From Nitrospirales bacterium (lineage in GTDB: Bacteria > Nitrospirota > Nitrospiria > Nitrospirales > UBA8639): a DNA stretch of 64,000 nucleotides. This document shows positions 1-10,700 of this stretch, one piece after another (positions within the stretch are counted from its first letter, which is position 1; every line of letters begins with the position of its first letter). Both the position numbers and the translations under genes were made by a program. The stretch spans positions 640,001 through 704,000 of the forward strand of contig OY820905.2 of the NCBI GenBank assembly GCA_963555755.3, in the 5' to 3' direction. The notes under the pieces were generated by a model. The model had not been told where the DNA came from. It did not search any database and saw only the letters and a list, made by a program, of their open reading frames with translations.

Positions 1-465
1 TTGTTCTTTAAGGGGAGATGATATTCGTAAGCCGTTGGGATCAATGGTATAAACAACGTCATAAACTAACTCATCCTCGTGATATAACTTCGAAGCTCCA
101 ACATGGTTCTTGGTGGGGGAGTATCCGAGGATATCATTTTCTTTTTTATCAAAATAGCCTCTTGTATAAGTGCTTTCATACCGGGATTGTGGGGGCGGTT
201 CTGCGCGGATCCAAAAAAAAGCTTCAAAAATACCTAGCGCAAAAAAGATCGCACAAAGATTTATCCACACAATTTTCCAAGAATCTTTAGAACTTACTTT
301 TATAGCTGAGATACAGACAAATACCCAGGACAAGGCGGCCCAAAAAAAAGGCACCGGAAGGAAATTTAAGGATAGAAGAGGGACAATAACACCAAAAATT
401 ACAAAAGCTGCGGAAACAGAGTATAGGTATTTCTTCTTTGATTTCAATTCAAGACCCGAATACAA
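1..465 (-). CDS. Membrane-anchored SGNH/GDSL-like protein, N-terminal part (runs off the window); absent from the ORF track
   Basis: Manual translation of an open minus frame gives hydrophobic helices (YSVSAAFVIFGVIVPLL, WINLCAIFFALGIFEAFFW) then ILGYSP...YDVVYTIDPNGLR. A GAGGGG RBS precedes a TTG start. Confidence 0.55.
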   Translation of the reverse strand, partial: MYSGLELKSKKKYLYSVSAAFVIFGVIVPLLSLNFLPVPFFWAALSWVFVCISAIKVSSKDSWKIVWINLCAIFFALGIFEAFFWIRAEPPPQSRYESTYTRGYFDKKENDILGYSPTKNHVGASKLYHEDELVYDVVYTIDPNGLRISSPLKEQ

Positions 466-1751
466 GGTGAAAGACCCCTCCCGGTTTTCCGAATAATTTT
501 TCTTTATTTTTTTATGAGTGAATTAAGGTAAACAGGGTCTAAATGGAGTCTAAATGAAACTCCGGCGCTACCTAATGCAGGGGGAGTAGATGGTCGGCGT
601 GTTCTAGCCCTAGATAACTCTCTTTTCCCTGCTATTTTCCCGATCATTTTCTCTCGTTCTCTTACACAACTGTCGCACTCCGGCTGTTGCATTATTGCCG
701 TTGATTTATTGAACTGTTATTTTTTCCAATTTTCACTGAGATACCTAATTTGCTGACTTCATGCGTGTTTTAAGAGTGATGCAACAACTACCATGAAAGA
801 CAAGTTTCCTTATTAAAACAGGAAGGAACTGTGCAATCGGGGATTCTTATCCGGCATTTCTCTAATTCCGAACTTTGGAGACATTCAAGGCCATCTTCCC
901 TCCATCCCGTAAGCTGAACAAGACAACCAATAGGGTGCTCAGTCTGGAATCCCCCCTGGAACTTTTTCGGGGATTTTTGTAGGGTTTGGTTGAGACGATG
1001 TCTCAGACCATAGAAAAGCTGCACCATACCTTTTATACAGCAGGATATATTGGTTCGTAAACAATTGCAGATCCTCGATGCTGGACTGGATTCCAACATA
1101 GCGAAACACACTGTACATGAGAAACCCAGCATTCATTGATGCAAAGGCCATATGCGTCCAATATTGTTCGAAATAATCATCAACAGCCCCCACGAGCATG
1201 AGTACAACCATCCCATAGACAACCCCAATGTACAGGGCAGGAACACTGGTCCGCCCCAGAACTTTGGGGGTCCGGCAAAAGGGAGTCTTTTGTCCCGTCA
1301 GGGCTTGACGCATTGATTGGATGACCCCTCCAAGGTGGACGGGGACAAGTAGTAGATTGATGGCATACACCCGTGGCAAGTCCCTCCACTGATACCCAAT
1401 CAAGGTCAGGTCGTATCCGTACAGAGCAAAATAGGGCAATGCCGTCAGAGGTAACCACAGGCTGTTCATCTGATTATCAAAGGGATAAAACAGAAGAAGG
1501 ACCAACCCCACATTGACGCTCGTGATGGAGAGCAGATAATGGCTCCGCATGAGGCCTTCCTTTATGGTTCTCCACCTCATGGGTTGATTGAAAAGATACC
1601 GAAGCAAATTCGGGAAGATCAGAAGGCCTCCGTTGGCCCAGCGTCGCCGCTGGATTAATAACGCCCCAAAGTCAGGGGGCGTGGCACTATACGCCAAACG
1701 TTCTGGATAATTGTAGAGTTTCCACCCGCGAACCAGGGCCATTTCATTCTT

Positions 1752-2763
1752 TATGCCTTCCCATTTAACTAAGGTTGCTTCAGTTTATTGAATCCCAAGG
1801 GTTTTGAGCTGCTGGTCAGGATTTTCAACAAACTCTGGAAGGTACTCATTGGAGTCTCACGGCGGTTATAGCGAAAGACAAACTCATCAAGATAGTGTTG
1901 CAGGTATTTTGAATCCACTCCATGGTGAATCCCGTTCAGCCAGGTCTGCAGATTGCCGAACGCTCTATGGATGTGTGGAGCGTGCTTCCCAGCACTTGCT
2001 GGGTCACCCTGGGTCCGTCTCAGGTGTTCGTATCCTGCCAAGGCTTTTGCCGAGTATCCCTTCCAACCATCGGACTTGATCTTACTGCCCTCAGCGACAT
2101 GGCTATTGAGGAATGCTTTGATCTCGTTCTCTCCAGCGTCTTGAAGAATCGCTAATCGTAAACGCCCTGCTTTCTCTCGAAAGTGATCCCCTTGTGTGTA
2201 CGTGACAATTTCTACGGCTCCGGCTATTAACGTCTTGGTTTTCGCTTTCGCGACGCCACGGCCCGTTTTGCCTTTTACCGGTCCACCGATATGGGTTTCA
2301 TCGGCTTCAACTGTTCCTGCGAGCCGTTCACGGTTCTGTCGTACCATTCCTCGTCGCAATCTGTGGAGCAAATACCAGGCGCTATCCACCTTCTTGATAC
2401 TGAGTTGACGCTGCAATTGCACAGCACTGATGCCAGGTGTGTGCGTGGAGACGAAATAGGCAGCCCAAAACCAAAGCCGTAGCGGCAAGTGCGATCTATG
2501 CATCACTGTGCCGCTTAGCGGTGATGTCTGTCTATGACACGACGAACACTCAAACCGGAAATATTTTTTGAGCCACCAACCACCGCGATGACCGCAAGCT
2601 GGACACATAAACCCGTCTGGCCACCGAATCGCCCGCAAGTACTCGAAGCACGCTTCTTCGGTGTGGAACCTAACAGAAAAATCCAAGATATCAGCAGCAT
2701 ACCCTGTGTCCATAGTCCAGCAGACTAGTCTAGGGACTAACCTTAGTCAAATGGGAAGGCATA
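1752..2763 (-). mobile_element. IS1595-family insertion sequence nested in the ISAs1 end
   Basis: About 25-bp TIR TATGCCTTCCCATTT(A/G)ACTAAGGTT. 8-bp TSD TCATTCTT at 1744-1751 and 2764-2771. Confidence 0.93.
1769..2713 (-). CDS. IS1595-family transposase
   Basis: Zn ribbon CPACG...CSSC, VEADET, SDGWKGY, YLDEFVFRYNRR. Confidence 0.95.
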   Translation of the reverse strand: MDTGYAADILDFSVRFHTEEACFEYLRAIRWPDGFMCPACGHRGGWWLKKYFRFECSSCHRQTSPLSGTVMHRSHLPLRLWFWAAYFVSTHTPGISAVQLQRQLSIKKVDSAWYLLHRLRRGMVRQNRERLAGTVEADETHIGGPVKGKTGRGVAKAKTKTLIAGAVEIVTYTQGDHFREKAGRLRLAILQDAGENEIKAFLNSHVAEGSKIKSDGWKGYSAKALAGYEHLRRTQGDPASAGKHAPHIHRAFGNLQTWLNGIHHGVDSKYLQHYLDEFVFRYNRRETPMSTFQSLLKILTSSSKPLGFNKLKQP

Positions 2764-2814
2764 TCATTCTTTTTATAAGCAAGGGATTCCATGAGGTTTT
2801 TTGTGCCCTCTTTT

Positions 2815-4562
2815 TCAGGGCAGGGCCATGCGGATGGCTAAATGGGGCTTGCCCCAGAGCAGTCTACACGCCTGCGCGATATTGGTGTAGCCTTTCAGGC
2901 GTAAGAGACTGATGGCATAGCGTCTCAGACAGGTCATGACCATTGGGCCATTGAGACTTCGTATCTGACTCCTGTCTTCATCAAAGGTGACGTCCAACAC
3001 ATAATGCTGCTTATTCTCCACACTCCAATGCTTTCGGTTTTGCGAGAGGATGGTCTTCGGCCCCGCCTTGTCTTTGGACTGACTCGTGACACCGCAGACC
3101 GCTTCGACGGTCGTGAGGCCCTGCTTGAGATGCGTCACTTCCCTCTCAATGCAGAAGACTTGCTGGACATGAGGAAAGTTGACATAGGCATTCAGGGAGT
3201 CATCGCACCAGATCCTGCGGGTCGTGATCTGCCCATGGCCTTTCTCGGTGGTGGCATAATCGCACCGGCGTGCTCGCAACGCTAAGGCCTCAATGTCGTG
3301 CTTCAAGGTGGGCTGGTTTCCCTTGACGGTGAAGACGAAGTCGGCGCCGCGTTCGTGCACCAGGTACTCGGCAATCTCTTTCTGGGTGAGGAGCGCATCC
3401 GCCGTGATCACCTTCCCTGCGATCTCGAGCGCATCTAACAGGGGCCGCACGCAGGGGATCTCATTGGTCTTGGAGTGAACTTTTTTTGGGTGAGGTGGCG
3501 CCCGGCTTGATGGGTGACGGCGCTGAGGACGTGGGGCTGTTCGCTTGGGACCTTCGACGTCCCCCGCATGGTCTTCCCATCAATGGCAATGCCCTGATCC
3601 TCCCCGCCGAAGGTGTCCAGCCACCGGCCGAGCAGGGTATCGACTTCACAGGGGTCGACGGCCGTGATAAAGCGGTAAAGAGTGCTGCGGCTCGGGACGA
3701 GGTAGCGCCCCCCTCGCTGAGTACAGCCTAGCCGCTTGCGCATCGGCTGCGATAACTGCTGGGCCCAGTCCGAGATCGCTTCATAGCCGCGCGCGCCGCA
3801 CAAGGTGGCACAGAACATGATCGCCGTGAGGGCGCGTCGGGTGTGCCGTTGCCCTTGCAAATGGCGGGGATCGGTCAGCTGCACCACATACGTAAAGAGG
3901 GAGTCCGTCTGTTTTGTATTCAATCTCATCTGAGGCGCTTCTCCTTTCTGATAGGGCTGATCAAGCATCGGGCGTGCAAGGATCTCTCGGGCTTGGGGAT
4001 GCAGCCGCACGACTAGGATGCGCTTCGGTCTCTCATGCTGAACATAACACGTGTTCGACTTGCGAAACCCTCGTGTCAGACCGAGCTCGTGCCACCCGGC
4101 GGCCCGATAGCAGGTCCCGGTGAAGCGGGCAGGATCGACGAAGGTCTCTAAGAGGAGCAAGGGGTAGCCGTGGTACAGTTGCCAATCGGACGAGATCCGT
4201 TTCGCGCAGAGCGACAGGACTTTCGAGGCGAGGTTCTTTTGCGAACAGCCCGGCAGCATGAGAAACCGGGTGTTGTTGGCCAGTAAATGGAGTCGTTGCC
4301 ATTGAAAACAGGGGGGCCAGCCGATCCAGTGGTCTCGCGGTCTCGATTTGAGGGCCGCCGCCGCAAACACCAGCAAGGCCAGCCAGCGATCCTGCACACA
4401 GGCGAGATATTGTATCGATTGGCCAATCAGCGGGGCATGACCGAGGTAGTGGTGTCTGTCGAGAAGGGTCTTGAAGGCGTCCTTTTCGTCTCGGACAATT
4501 GGGCGAACCACGACTTGCCTCAGATCAATGTCCGGCTGTCCGCTTGGCGATTCGTCTGGCAT
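2815..4562 (-). CDS. DUF4338-ISAs1 transposase fusion, two ORFs joined by a probable -1 frameshift
   Basis: ORF1 has RHHYLG, NNTRFL, LETFVDP, GTCYRAAGW, then DPR and AIDGKT. ORF2 has TADAL, VKGNQ, EKGHG, HWSVEN. An A7G slippery run at ~3480-3487 links to KTNEIP. Confidence 0.85.
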
Positions 4563-6123
4563 GCAAAAGAGTATGCCGTAAACGAAAAGAAAAAGCCAGC
4601 CTAAATCGATTATTCCTTATTATCTATAAAGTTACACTTTAATATGAAATAGCCCTGCCCGCGAACAATCAGATCAATACTCGATTCCGTATCCTCAATG
4701 ACCGTACGATCCTGGATAAATTTAATAGTGGGAAGGTTGGGGTCTCCGCTTTTTCTGGCGATTTCTTTTAAGGCGGATTTCCGCAGAAGGGCATTGGCCC
4801 CCACCCAATAGGTCCCTTCATATTGGGTGAATCCCTGATGGGTGATGTATTGAATATCAGTGGTAGCCCCCGCAATCCGCTCAATGAGGTTAGGGGCGTC
4901 GGGAATGGCACTATAAGGGGTTTGCGCAACGGCAACCCGGTGCTGTTGTGGTTGCTCCATAAAGTGGACCAACCGAAGAGTATAATCAGGTAAAATTAAA
5001 CTATCCGCATCCAGGGTCAACACATACTTGGCATCCGGGATATAGAAAGTATCCTTTTTCTTGGAACTCCGTTTAAGCACCAGTCCTTCCTGTCCTGTCT
5101 CTTCGAACAGGGAGTTGCCCATCAAGCCCATATACGTATTTAGGTTCATGGCCTTATTGGGTTCATGAGAAAGATTTCGGTAACGCTTCCGTTCAAAGCT
5201 AGAAATTTCACAAGAAAACAGAGCCTTGAGGAATCGATATTCTTGATGAATCACTTGGGAAAGCTTCTCCCCATTACTTGTTTGGTGCCGTAGTAACGTT
5301 GCGGCTCTCCTTTCCAACTGTTCATTGTGAACCAAAAGAATGTTTTGCACGAACCACCGGTTCGTGTGTGAATCCCCTTCAATACTGAAGGTTTGCTGAT
5401 GAAACCAGCTTTGAATCTCTTGAAAGAGATGGATCAAGTGACCGACTTCCCCATCAAAATGGCTTAGCCCTTTCTGCTCACGTTCACGAAAGGCCGCATA
5501 AGCCTTATCAATCTGGGCCTTCTGACTGTCTAATAATTCCTGAATGTGATGGGGGAGAGCCCGGAGAGCCGTAAGATTTTCTTGGTCTTTTCTTGCAGTT
5601 GGATGGGAAGGGTCATCAATGAGTAATACGATCCGGCAATGATGATAGTCTTGGAGAGCCGCGGACAACAGGGTTTGATAGACCACTCCGGGCTCTTCCT
5701 TAAACGCAGGTACCAAAATTGTTACCCAGGAAGCCGAACGTTTATACCAACCTTCTAATTCAAGTCGGGGGGTTGGAGAATGGGTAGCCCTTCTGGAGAA
5801 ATAGGCGTGGCGCGTGAATTGGTACACTAAGTTCCCATAAACAAGGAACATGACAACCCCCACAAAAAGGAGGGTTTCAACTTTTCCAAACAACCCCGCA
5901 TGTTGAAAAATTCCTGAATGGGAATAAAAGGTTTCCCATACAAACATGCTGAAGGCGAAAAGCGTGGTTCCGATCCCTAGCAGAGTTAGAAGGAAATCTA
6001 ATTTTGAGTGACGGTATAGAGTTGGTTGTGTTGGGTAAGATTCCATAAATGATTATTTTTGGTGCAGAAAGGTGGTTCAAAAAATCGCACGCTCCAATGC
6101 TTGAGAGGGTATGATCAACTTGA

Positions 6124-6267
6124 GGGCACCTCTAAAAACCGTCCTTTTCCGTGATGGCGGCGTCAGCCGCGTGCTCACATCCTCATGTATTCGCCCCCCA
6201 TACACTCCGGTTTTCCGCGCGCGGCTTCCTTGCCCTCACAAAACATGCCTGGTTTGTAGAGGTGCCC
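6124..6267. repeat. MITE, 144 bp
   Basis: TIR GGGCACCTCTA/TAGAGGTGCCC with 4-bp TSD TTGA on both sides. Confidence 0.75.
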
Positions 6268-6372
6268 TTGAGCCAAATTTGGCTTCGTCAACACATGGAG
6301 CGTATTCCCTGATCTCTGCCAATTCAACATGTTATGTCCAGGTGAATTGTCTGTTCAGGGTCAAATTTTCCG

Positions 6373-6387
6373 TAAGTTGACAATACC
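6373..6387. mobile_element. Isolated IS6-type terminal repeat; a second IS6 end remnant lies at ~8650-8728
   Basis: TAAGTTGACAATACC is identical to the IR of the IS6 at 50139-50941. 8714-8728 reads AAATTGACAATACC. Confidence 0.6.
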
Positions 6388-6409
6388 CTAGACTTCATAA
6401 AAATGGGTG

Positions 6410-6450
6410 AATAAAAAAAGCCCTGTGGGGCGTCTCAATCCCCAAAGGCC
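6410..6450 (-). terminator. Rho-independent terminator-like hairpin
   Basis: GGCCTTTGGGG...CCCCACAGGGC followed by T7 on the minus strand. Confidence 0.55.
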
Positions 6451-6860
6451 ATCCGTAGTCTCAACAGGGTTATCGTATCGTTAATGGTGGTGGGTTCGGT
6501 CGTCTCCTTCGACTCACCACCCCATCGTAGTTCAGCAGTGAAGTGTAAAGAACGGGGGTAATGAAAGTAAATTGGGTGTATTGGCTAGGTGAAGACCTTA
6601 AGAACGAATGGGATATCGAGAAGATGGAGCTGCCAGGGACAACGAAGCCCCCGCGACGACCGGACAAACTACGCGAGATTCGGTTTAGATACTATTTCTG
6701 GGCAGTCCTGGCGATGGGGGTACGGGAACGACACCTAGGGCTTCTTTTTTGCCAGAGGGGATCAAGCGTACCCATCATGGCATACCCAAATCATAAAAAT
6801 CCGCAGTATCGTTGCCATTCTCCTCCTGCCCGTCCTGGCGATACCCGCCTCACCAGAAAG

Positions 6861-7053
6861 TTTCGGATCATGCAGAATGTAGGGTTCTGGCAGCACAATA
6901 CGATCAGGTGCACATAAATTTATGGCACTCCTCGTGGGTGATGTCGCCTCTCCTTTTGAGCGAATGGCGTCATCTTGTATTTTTAGGTAGCTGCAGCATC
7001 TCATGCTGCCTCTTCCTGGCGTCAGAGCCCCTTGGTCCGTGGGAAGAGGGCAC
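6861..7053 (-). repeat. ~190-bp dispersed repeat, inverted copy at 42087-42280
   Basis: Direct comparison by eye shows only a handful of substitutions. Confidence 0.85.
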
Positions 7054-7320
7054 GATACGATCGTGCAGCGACACAAGCCAGACAGCTCACAGGAAGCAAC
7101 GCCATGGCCAAGAAACTCCATGTGGCCAGAATTGGATGGCGGTAGGATAGAACCATATATTCTGGATGATCCAAAGTATCCCCGCCACCCGCACCATGCC
7201 GTAGCTCTCCGGTTGTCGTGTACAGTGAACCACGACCCCCCTTATTGGTTATCCTAAGGGATATTCCATGAGGAAAATCTCACCAATCTTAGATTAGGAA
7301 ATATAGCATTTTTTTAATAC

Positions 7321-8595
7321 TTACTGATGGGTGTGCGACAGCTGAAGCGTGGCATCCTGAATTAGACGGTCTGCCACAATAGTGGCTGCAAGTTTTTGGC
7401 CACGGGGTGTCCAGTGATTATTGCCATGATGATAGTATAGCTCATTACAGGCTTTCACATGAAACACATCAAAAAGGTTGATAAAGGGGAGGCCGTGCTT
7501 GGCGGCACTCTTGGCAATGATCGTTGTCAAAAGGCGAGGATCATAGTCTGGAAAGGTTCTTTTATCAATTTGCCAATCATAGCCAGCGCAAACATCAATG
7601 GGTGACGGTATAATTAACAGAAGACCAAAAATATGAGATGTATCAAAAAGTGTCCGGAGTTCCCTGACTAATGAATCGAACAATGCAATTTTGGTTCGTG
7701 CAGAATGGCTAGTAGGCGCCGTGGAGACGTCCACATCGTAATGATCGCTTCGAATGTTATCTAAATGAATAATGGCTTTCTTACCAACTGAGTATTCCTG
7801 GAACTCGGCCTGACTGCGGGCCAACCAAGTTTCAATCCAGTTCGTTGCAGAATCAGTTTTATACGCACTATTAATCTCGACAGAGGACACGAAAGGGATT
7901 GTTAGATTCAGGCGTCTTTCTAATAGCACTCTGAGTTCCTTACGGATAAGGTCTGGAGCCCTGATGGCACGTTCAATGGCAAACATGTTTGAAAGTTGCC
8001 GTTTTCGCCTATACGACTCGATGACCTCAGGTGCCAGTTCGATTGTCCGAAACCCAAGACCACCGTTTTCTTGCCTAAAAAGAATTTTATTTCTGACGAG
8101 ATCACCAAGATCGTTGTCAGCAAATATGGAAAAAATAACCATGTCATGTCGAAACGCTGAGACAGCTTGTCGTAATCGTAAGTAGGTTTGATCGGGGCCG
8201 TACCCATCCAAGCCTGCATTGAAAGTGGCAATGGAAGGTTGGGCCCGTTGTTCCAATTCCTTGTGCAGGTAATAAGCAAAGGTTTCTTCACTTTGCACAA
8301 AACTACCCTGAATAAAAGAATCACCATACACACCAATAGCCAGATCGGCGGTGGCCAAGTTACCACCATCCATAACACGATGGCCCCGCTCATCAAATTC
8401 CGTCCAAATCACTTCCCCACCATTTTCCGGCATTTGGACAAAGGTAAACCGAGCTGAGGGGTTCGGATGATAGATGAGGGTTTCATCAAGAACAAACGGC
8501 GTATCGTCTCCCAACCGAATGGCATTCACTGCACCCTCCACCACTGCCAGACAGAAGCCGATGGTTAGCAAGGTAAATAAAATATTTTTTCCCAT
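7321..8595 (-). CDS. SGNH/GDSL hydrolase-like protein (AlgJ/AlgX-like)
   Basis: N-terminal TM, GDSF, NAGLDGYGPDQ, NDLGD and NNHWTPRG. The start could extend to 8649. Confidence 0.75.
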   Translation of the reverse strand: MGKNILFTLLTIGFCLAVVEGAVNAIRLGDDTPFVLDETLIYHPNPSARFTFVQMPENGGEVIWTEFDERGHRVMDGGNLATADLAIGVYGDSFIQGSFVQSEETFAYYLHKELEQRAQPSIATFNAGLDGYGPDQTYLRLRQAVSAFRHDMVIFSIFADNDLGDLVRNKILFRQENGGLGFRTIELAPEVIESYRRKRQLSNMFAIERAIRAPDLIRKELRVLLERRLNLTIPFVSSVEINSAYKTDSATNWIETWLARSQAEFQEYSVGKKAIIHLDNIRSDHYDVDVSTAPTSHSARTKIALFDSLVRELRTLFDTSHIFGLLLIIPSPIDVCAGYDWQIDKRTFPDYDPRLLTTIIAKSAAKHGLPFINLFDVFHVKACNELYYHHGNNHWTPRGQKLAATIVADRLIQDATLQLSHTHQ

Positions 8596-8816
8596 GGCAT
8601 TGTCAATGTAACGAAGATCAGACACTGAGCACACAACTCCCCAAGACATAATCCGTTGACTTGTTAGAGATCATGTTACGAGTTCTACACGTCGATGGAG
8701 CAAAATCTGGTTTAAATTGACAATACCAAATTCTAGGCTTTTCGGCTCGAAGATTGAAATAAAAAAGATAGAGAGGTAAGGGGCAGGGGGTAGCTGTGCG
8801 TTTCTACCTCGCGACT

Positions 8817-9005
8817 TTACCCCTTCCCCTTCGGCAGAATCCCCTTCTTCTCCATCTCCTGAACCCTAGCCCGCGCAAGGTCCATCAGGAACTGCTTGAC
8901 GGTCTTTCGCTCATACGCGGCGGCCATTTTGACCTTCGCCATCAACCCTCGCGGTATCTCCCGAAAATTCCACGCCCCGGTACCTTCGGCTGGTTGTCGT
9001 GCCAT
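8817..9005 (-). CDS. Small ribbon-helix-helix-like DNA-binding protein
   Basis: WNFREIPRGLMAKVKMAAAYERKTVKQFLMDL has an RHH-like pattern and lies next to the integrase. Confidence 0.55.
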   Translation of the reverse strand: MARQPAEGTGAWNFREIPRGLMAKVKMAAAYERKTVKQFLMDLARARVQEMEKKGILPKGKG

Positions 9006-9116
9006 GACGGTAGCCTAGCACTATTGCTTGATGGCTGCAATGTCATTTAACAGACTTAACTATCATATGATAGTTTACATACACTACATATTTTAGACCC
9101 AAAGGAGGTGACGCGC

Positions 9117-9269
9117 ATGCAGATGGAACGAGTGCTGGTCCAGTTTTCGGCATCGACCAAAAAGAAGCTGGATGATTTGCGAAAGTACGATTTCACGATC
9201 GCCGGTTTCATTCGTGCAGCCGTGGAAGAAACACTCAAACAACCTCTTACTTTCAAAAAAGGTCAGTGA
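9117..9269 (+). CDS. Small RHH-like protein (50 aa), absent from the ORF track
   Basis: Strong RBS AAGGAGGTG. Sequence MQMERVLVQFSASTKKKLDDLRKYDFTIAGFIRAAVEETLKQPLTFKKGQ stops 3 nt before the integrase ATG. Confidence 0.6.
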   Translation: MQMERVLVQFSASTKKKLDDLRKYDFTIAGFIRAAVEETLKQPLTFKKGQ

Positions 9270-9272
9270 CAC

Positions 9273-10306
9273 ATGGCACGGAAAGGACACCAAGACCGCG
9301 GATTGATGAGTAAGGTGGACCCGACGGGGAAACTCCTGTGGTATGTCCGATTGATGCACGACGGCAAAGAAGGGCGATTCGGTAGTTTTCGACGAAGACC
9401 AAGGCGCCTCAATTCTATGAGAAAGCGAAAACCGAGCAGCATGAAGGCCGGTTCTTTCCCGAACGCGATCAGCATGGCAGGTATGAATTGGTCCAAGAGA
9501 CCATTGACCGCTATTTGGTGAGCATGAAAGGCATCCGGAAGGATTTGATGAAAGGCCGAAGCAATGGCCGAGTCAATAAGTATGTTGACTGGTTGCGGGC
9601 CTGTTTGAATGTGGCTATCAAGCAGAACAAGTTGACCGTCAACCCTGTGGCGAAGTTGAAATGTTTGCCGGAACCTGAGACCAAAACCCGATTGTTGACA
9701 CCTGAAGAAGAAGCCAAGTTGATGTCGGCGGTTGGTCCAACCATTGCCCCTTGGGTGCGGTTTGCCATTCTTACGGGGTTGAGGCAAACAGAGCAGTTGA
9801 CGATGGAATGGGCAAACGTGGACCTTGAATTGGGGATTGTCACCTTGCCAGAGACGAAAGCCGATGGGGTGCACTATGCCCCGTTGAACGAAGAAGCCAA
9901 GGACATTTTGAGGAACTTGGATTCCTGGCAACGATCGAAGTGGGTGTTTCCGAGTGGTAACCCCGCGACTCATGCAAACATTGCGAACCTCAAGCGATGG
10001 TTTAGAAAAGCGGTGAAACAGTCGGGCATTCCCTGGGTACGCTGGCATGACCTGAGACATTGCTTTGCCTCTCGGTTGGCCATGAGCAGGGCTCCACTGG
10101 GCACGATTGCGGCCCGGTTGAGGCATAGCGGAACGGGATTGGTGAAGCGCTATGCCCACTTGGACCCCGACCATTTACGACAAGCGGTGGAGGTGGTGGC
10201 AAACTTCGGGAAGGCCCAGAAACCGGAAGCCGCCACTAGGTTACAAAATGAAACCGTGACGGCAACCGGTACTGAGGAGAAAAATGAAGTCCGACCTAAT
10301 ACGTGA
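9273..10306 (+). pseudogene. Tyrosine recombinase/integrase, frameshifted in the N-terminal region
   Basis: Catalytic TGLR, HDLRH, LRH and RYAH lie in 9488-10306. The N-terminus is in another frame (9273-). Abuts the tRNA 3' end. Confidence 0.85.
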
Positions 10307-10319
10307 GTCTTTGATTGTA

Positions 10320-10397
<78 letters not shown>

Positions 10398-10499
10398 ATG
10401 TATGAGAAACCAAGCTGATTAGGCCATAGGAGCCTGTCCGACATTAGCGGATCTACTGCGATTGCGCTGGAGGTGGCCAGCTTTTCCAATCGTTTTCGG

Positions 10500-10618
10500 G
10501 GAAGGTTGAAAAAGGCCGCCAGCTGCGTTCTCGGGCTTTTGGCGTGCTCACGTACTCCGTGTACGCTCCGCGCTCCAAAAGCCCTGCGGCCTTGCTGGAC
10601 AGCCTTTTTCAACCTTCC
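10500..10618. repeat. MITE family B (other copies 28255-28376 and 33273-33418)
   Basis: TIR GTTGAAAAA...TTTTTCAAC and shared core CAGCAAGGCCGCAG...GGAGCGTAC...GTACGTGAGCAC. Confidence 0.8.
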
Positions 10619-10700
10619 CCGTTTTCGTTAAATAGTCACCACTATTCGCCTCAAACGATCGAAAAATCTGCCTCAAACCAGTACAGTCTCGCGACGATCC

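Larger units (their letters stand above)
1734..4657 (-). mobile_element. ISAs1-family IS with DUF4338 (DruA-like) N-terminal domain
   Basis: TIRs CAGGGC(C/T)ATTTCAT at 1734-1747 and 4644-4657. 9-bp TSD CCCGCGAAC at 1725-1733 and 4658-4666. Confidence 0.92.
939..6046 (-). pseudogene. GT2 glycosyltransferase (cellulose-synthase-like) interrupted by nested IS elements
   Basis: The N-part 4610-6046 has LDADS, QTP and EDTE motifs. The C-part 939-1742 has QRRRW and TM helices. Removing the IS and one TSD restores DLIVRGWKLYNYPERL. Confidence 0.92.

Noticed and set aside
9263..10174. 303-aa minus-strand ORF
   Set aside because: Antisense shadow of the integrase.
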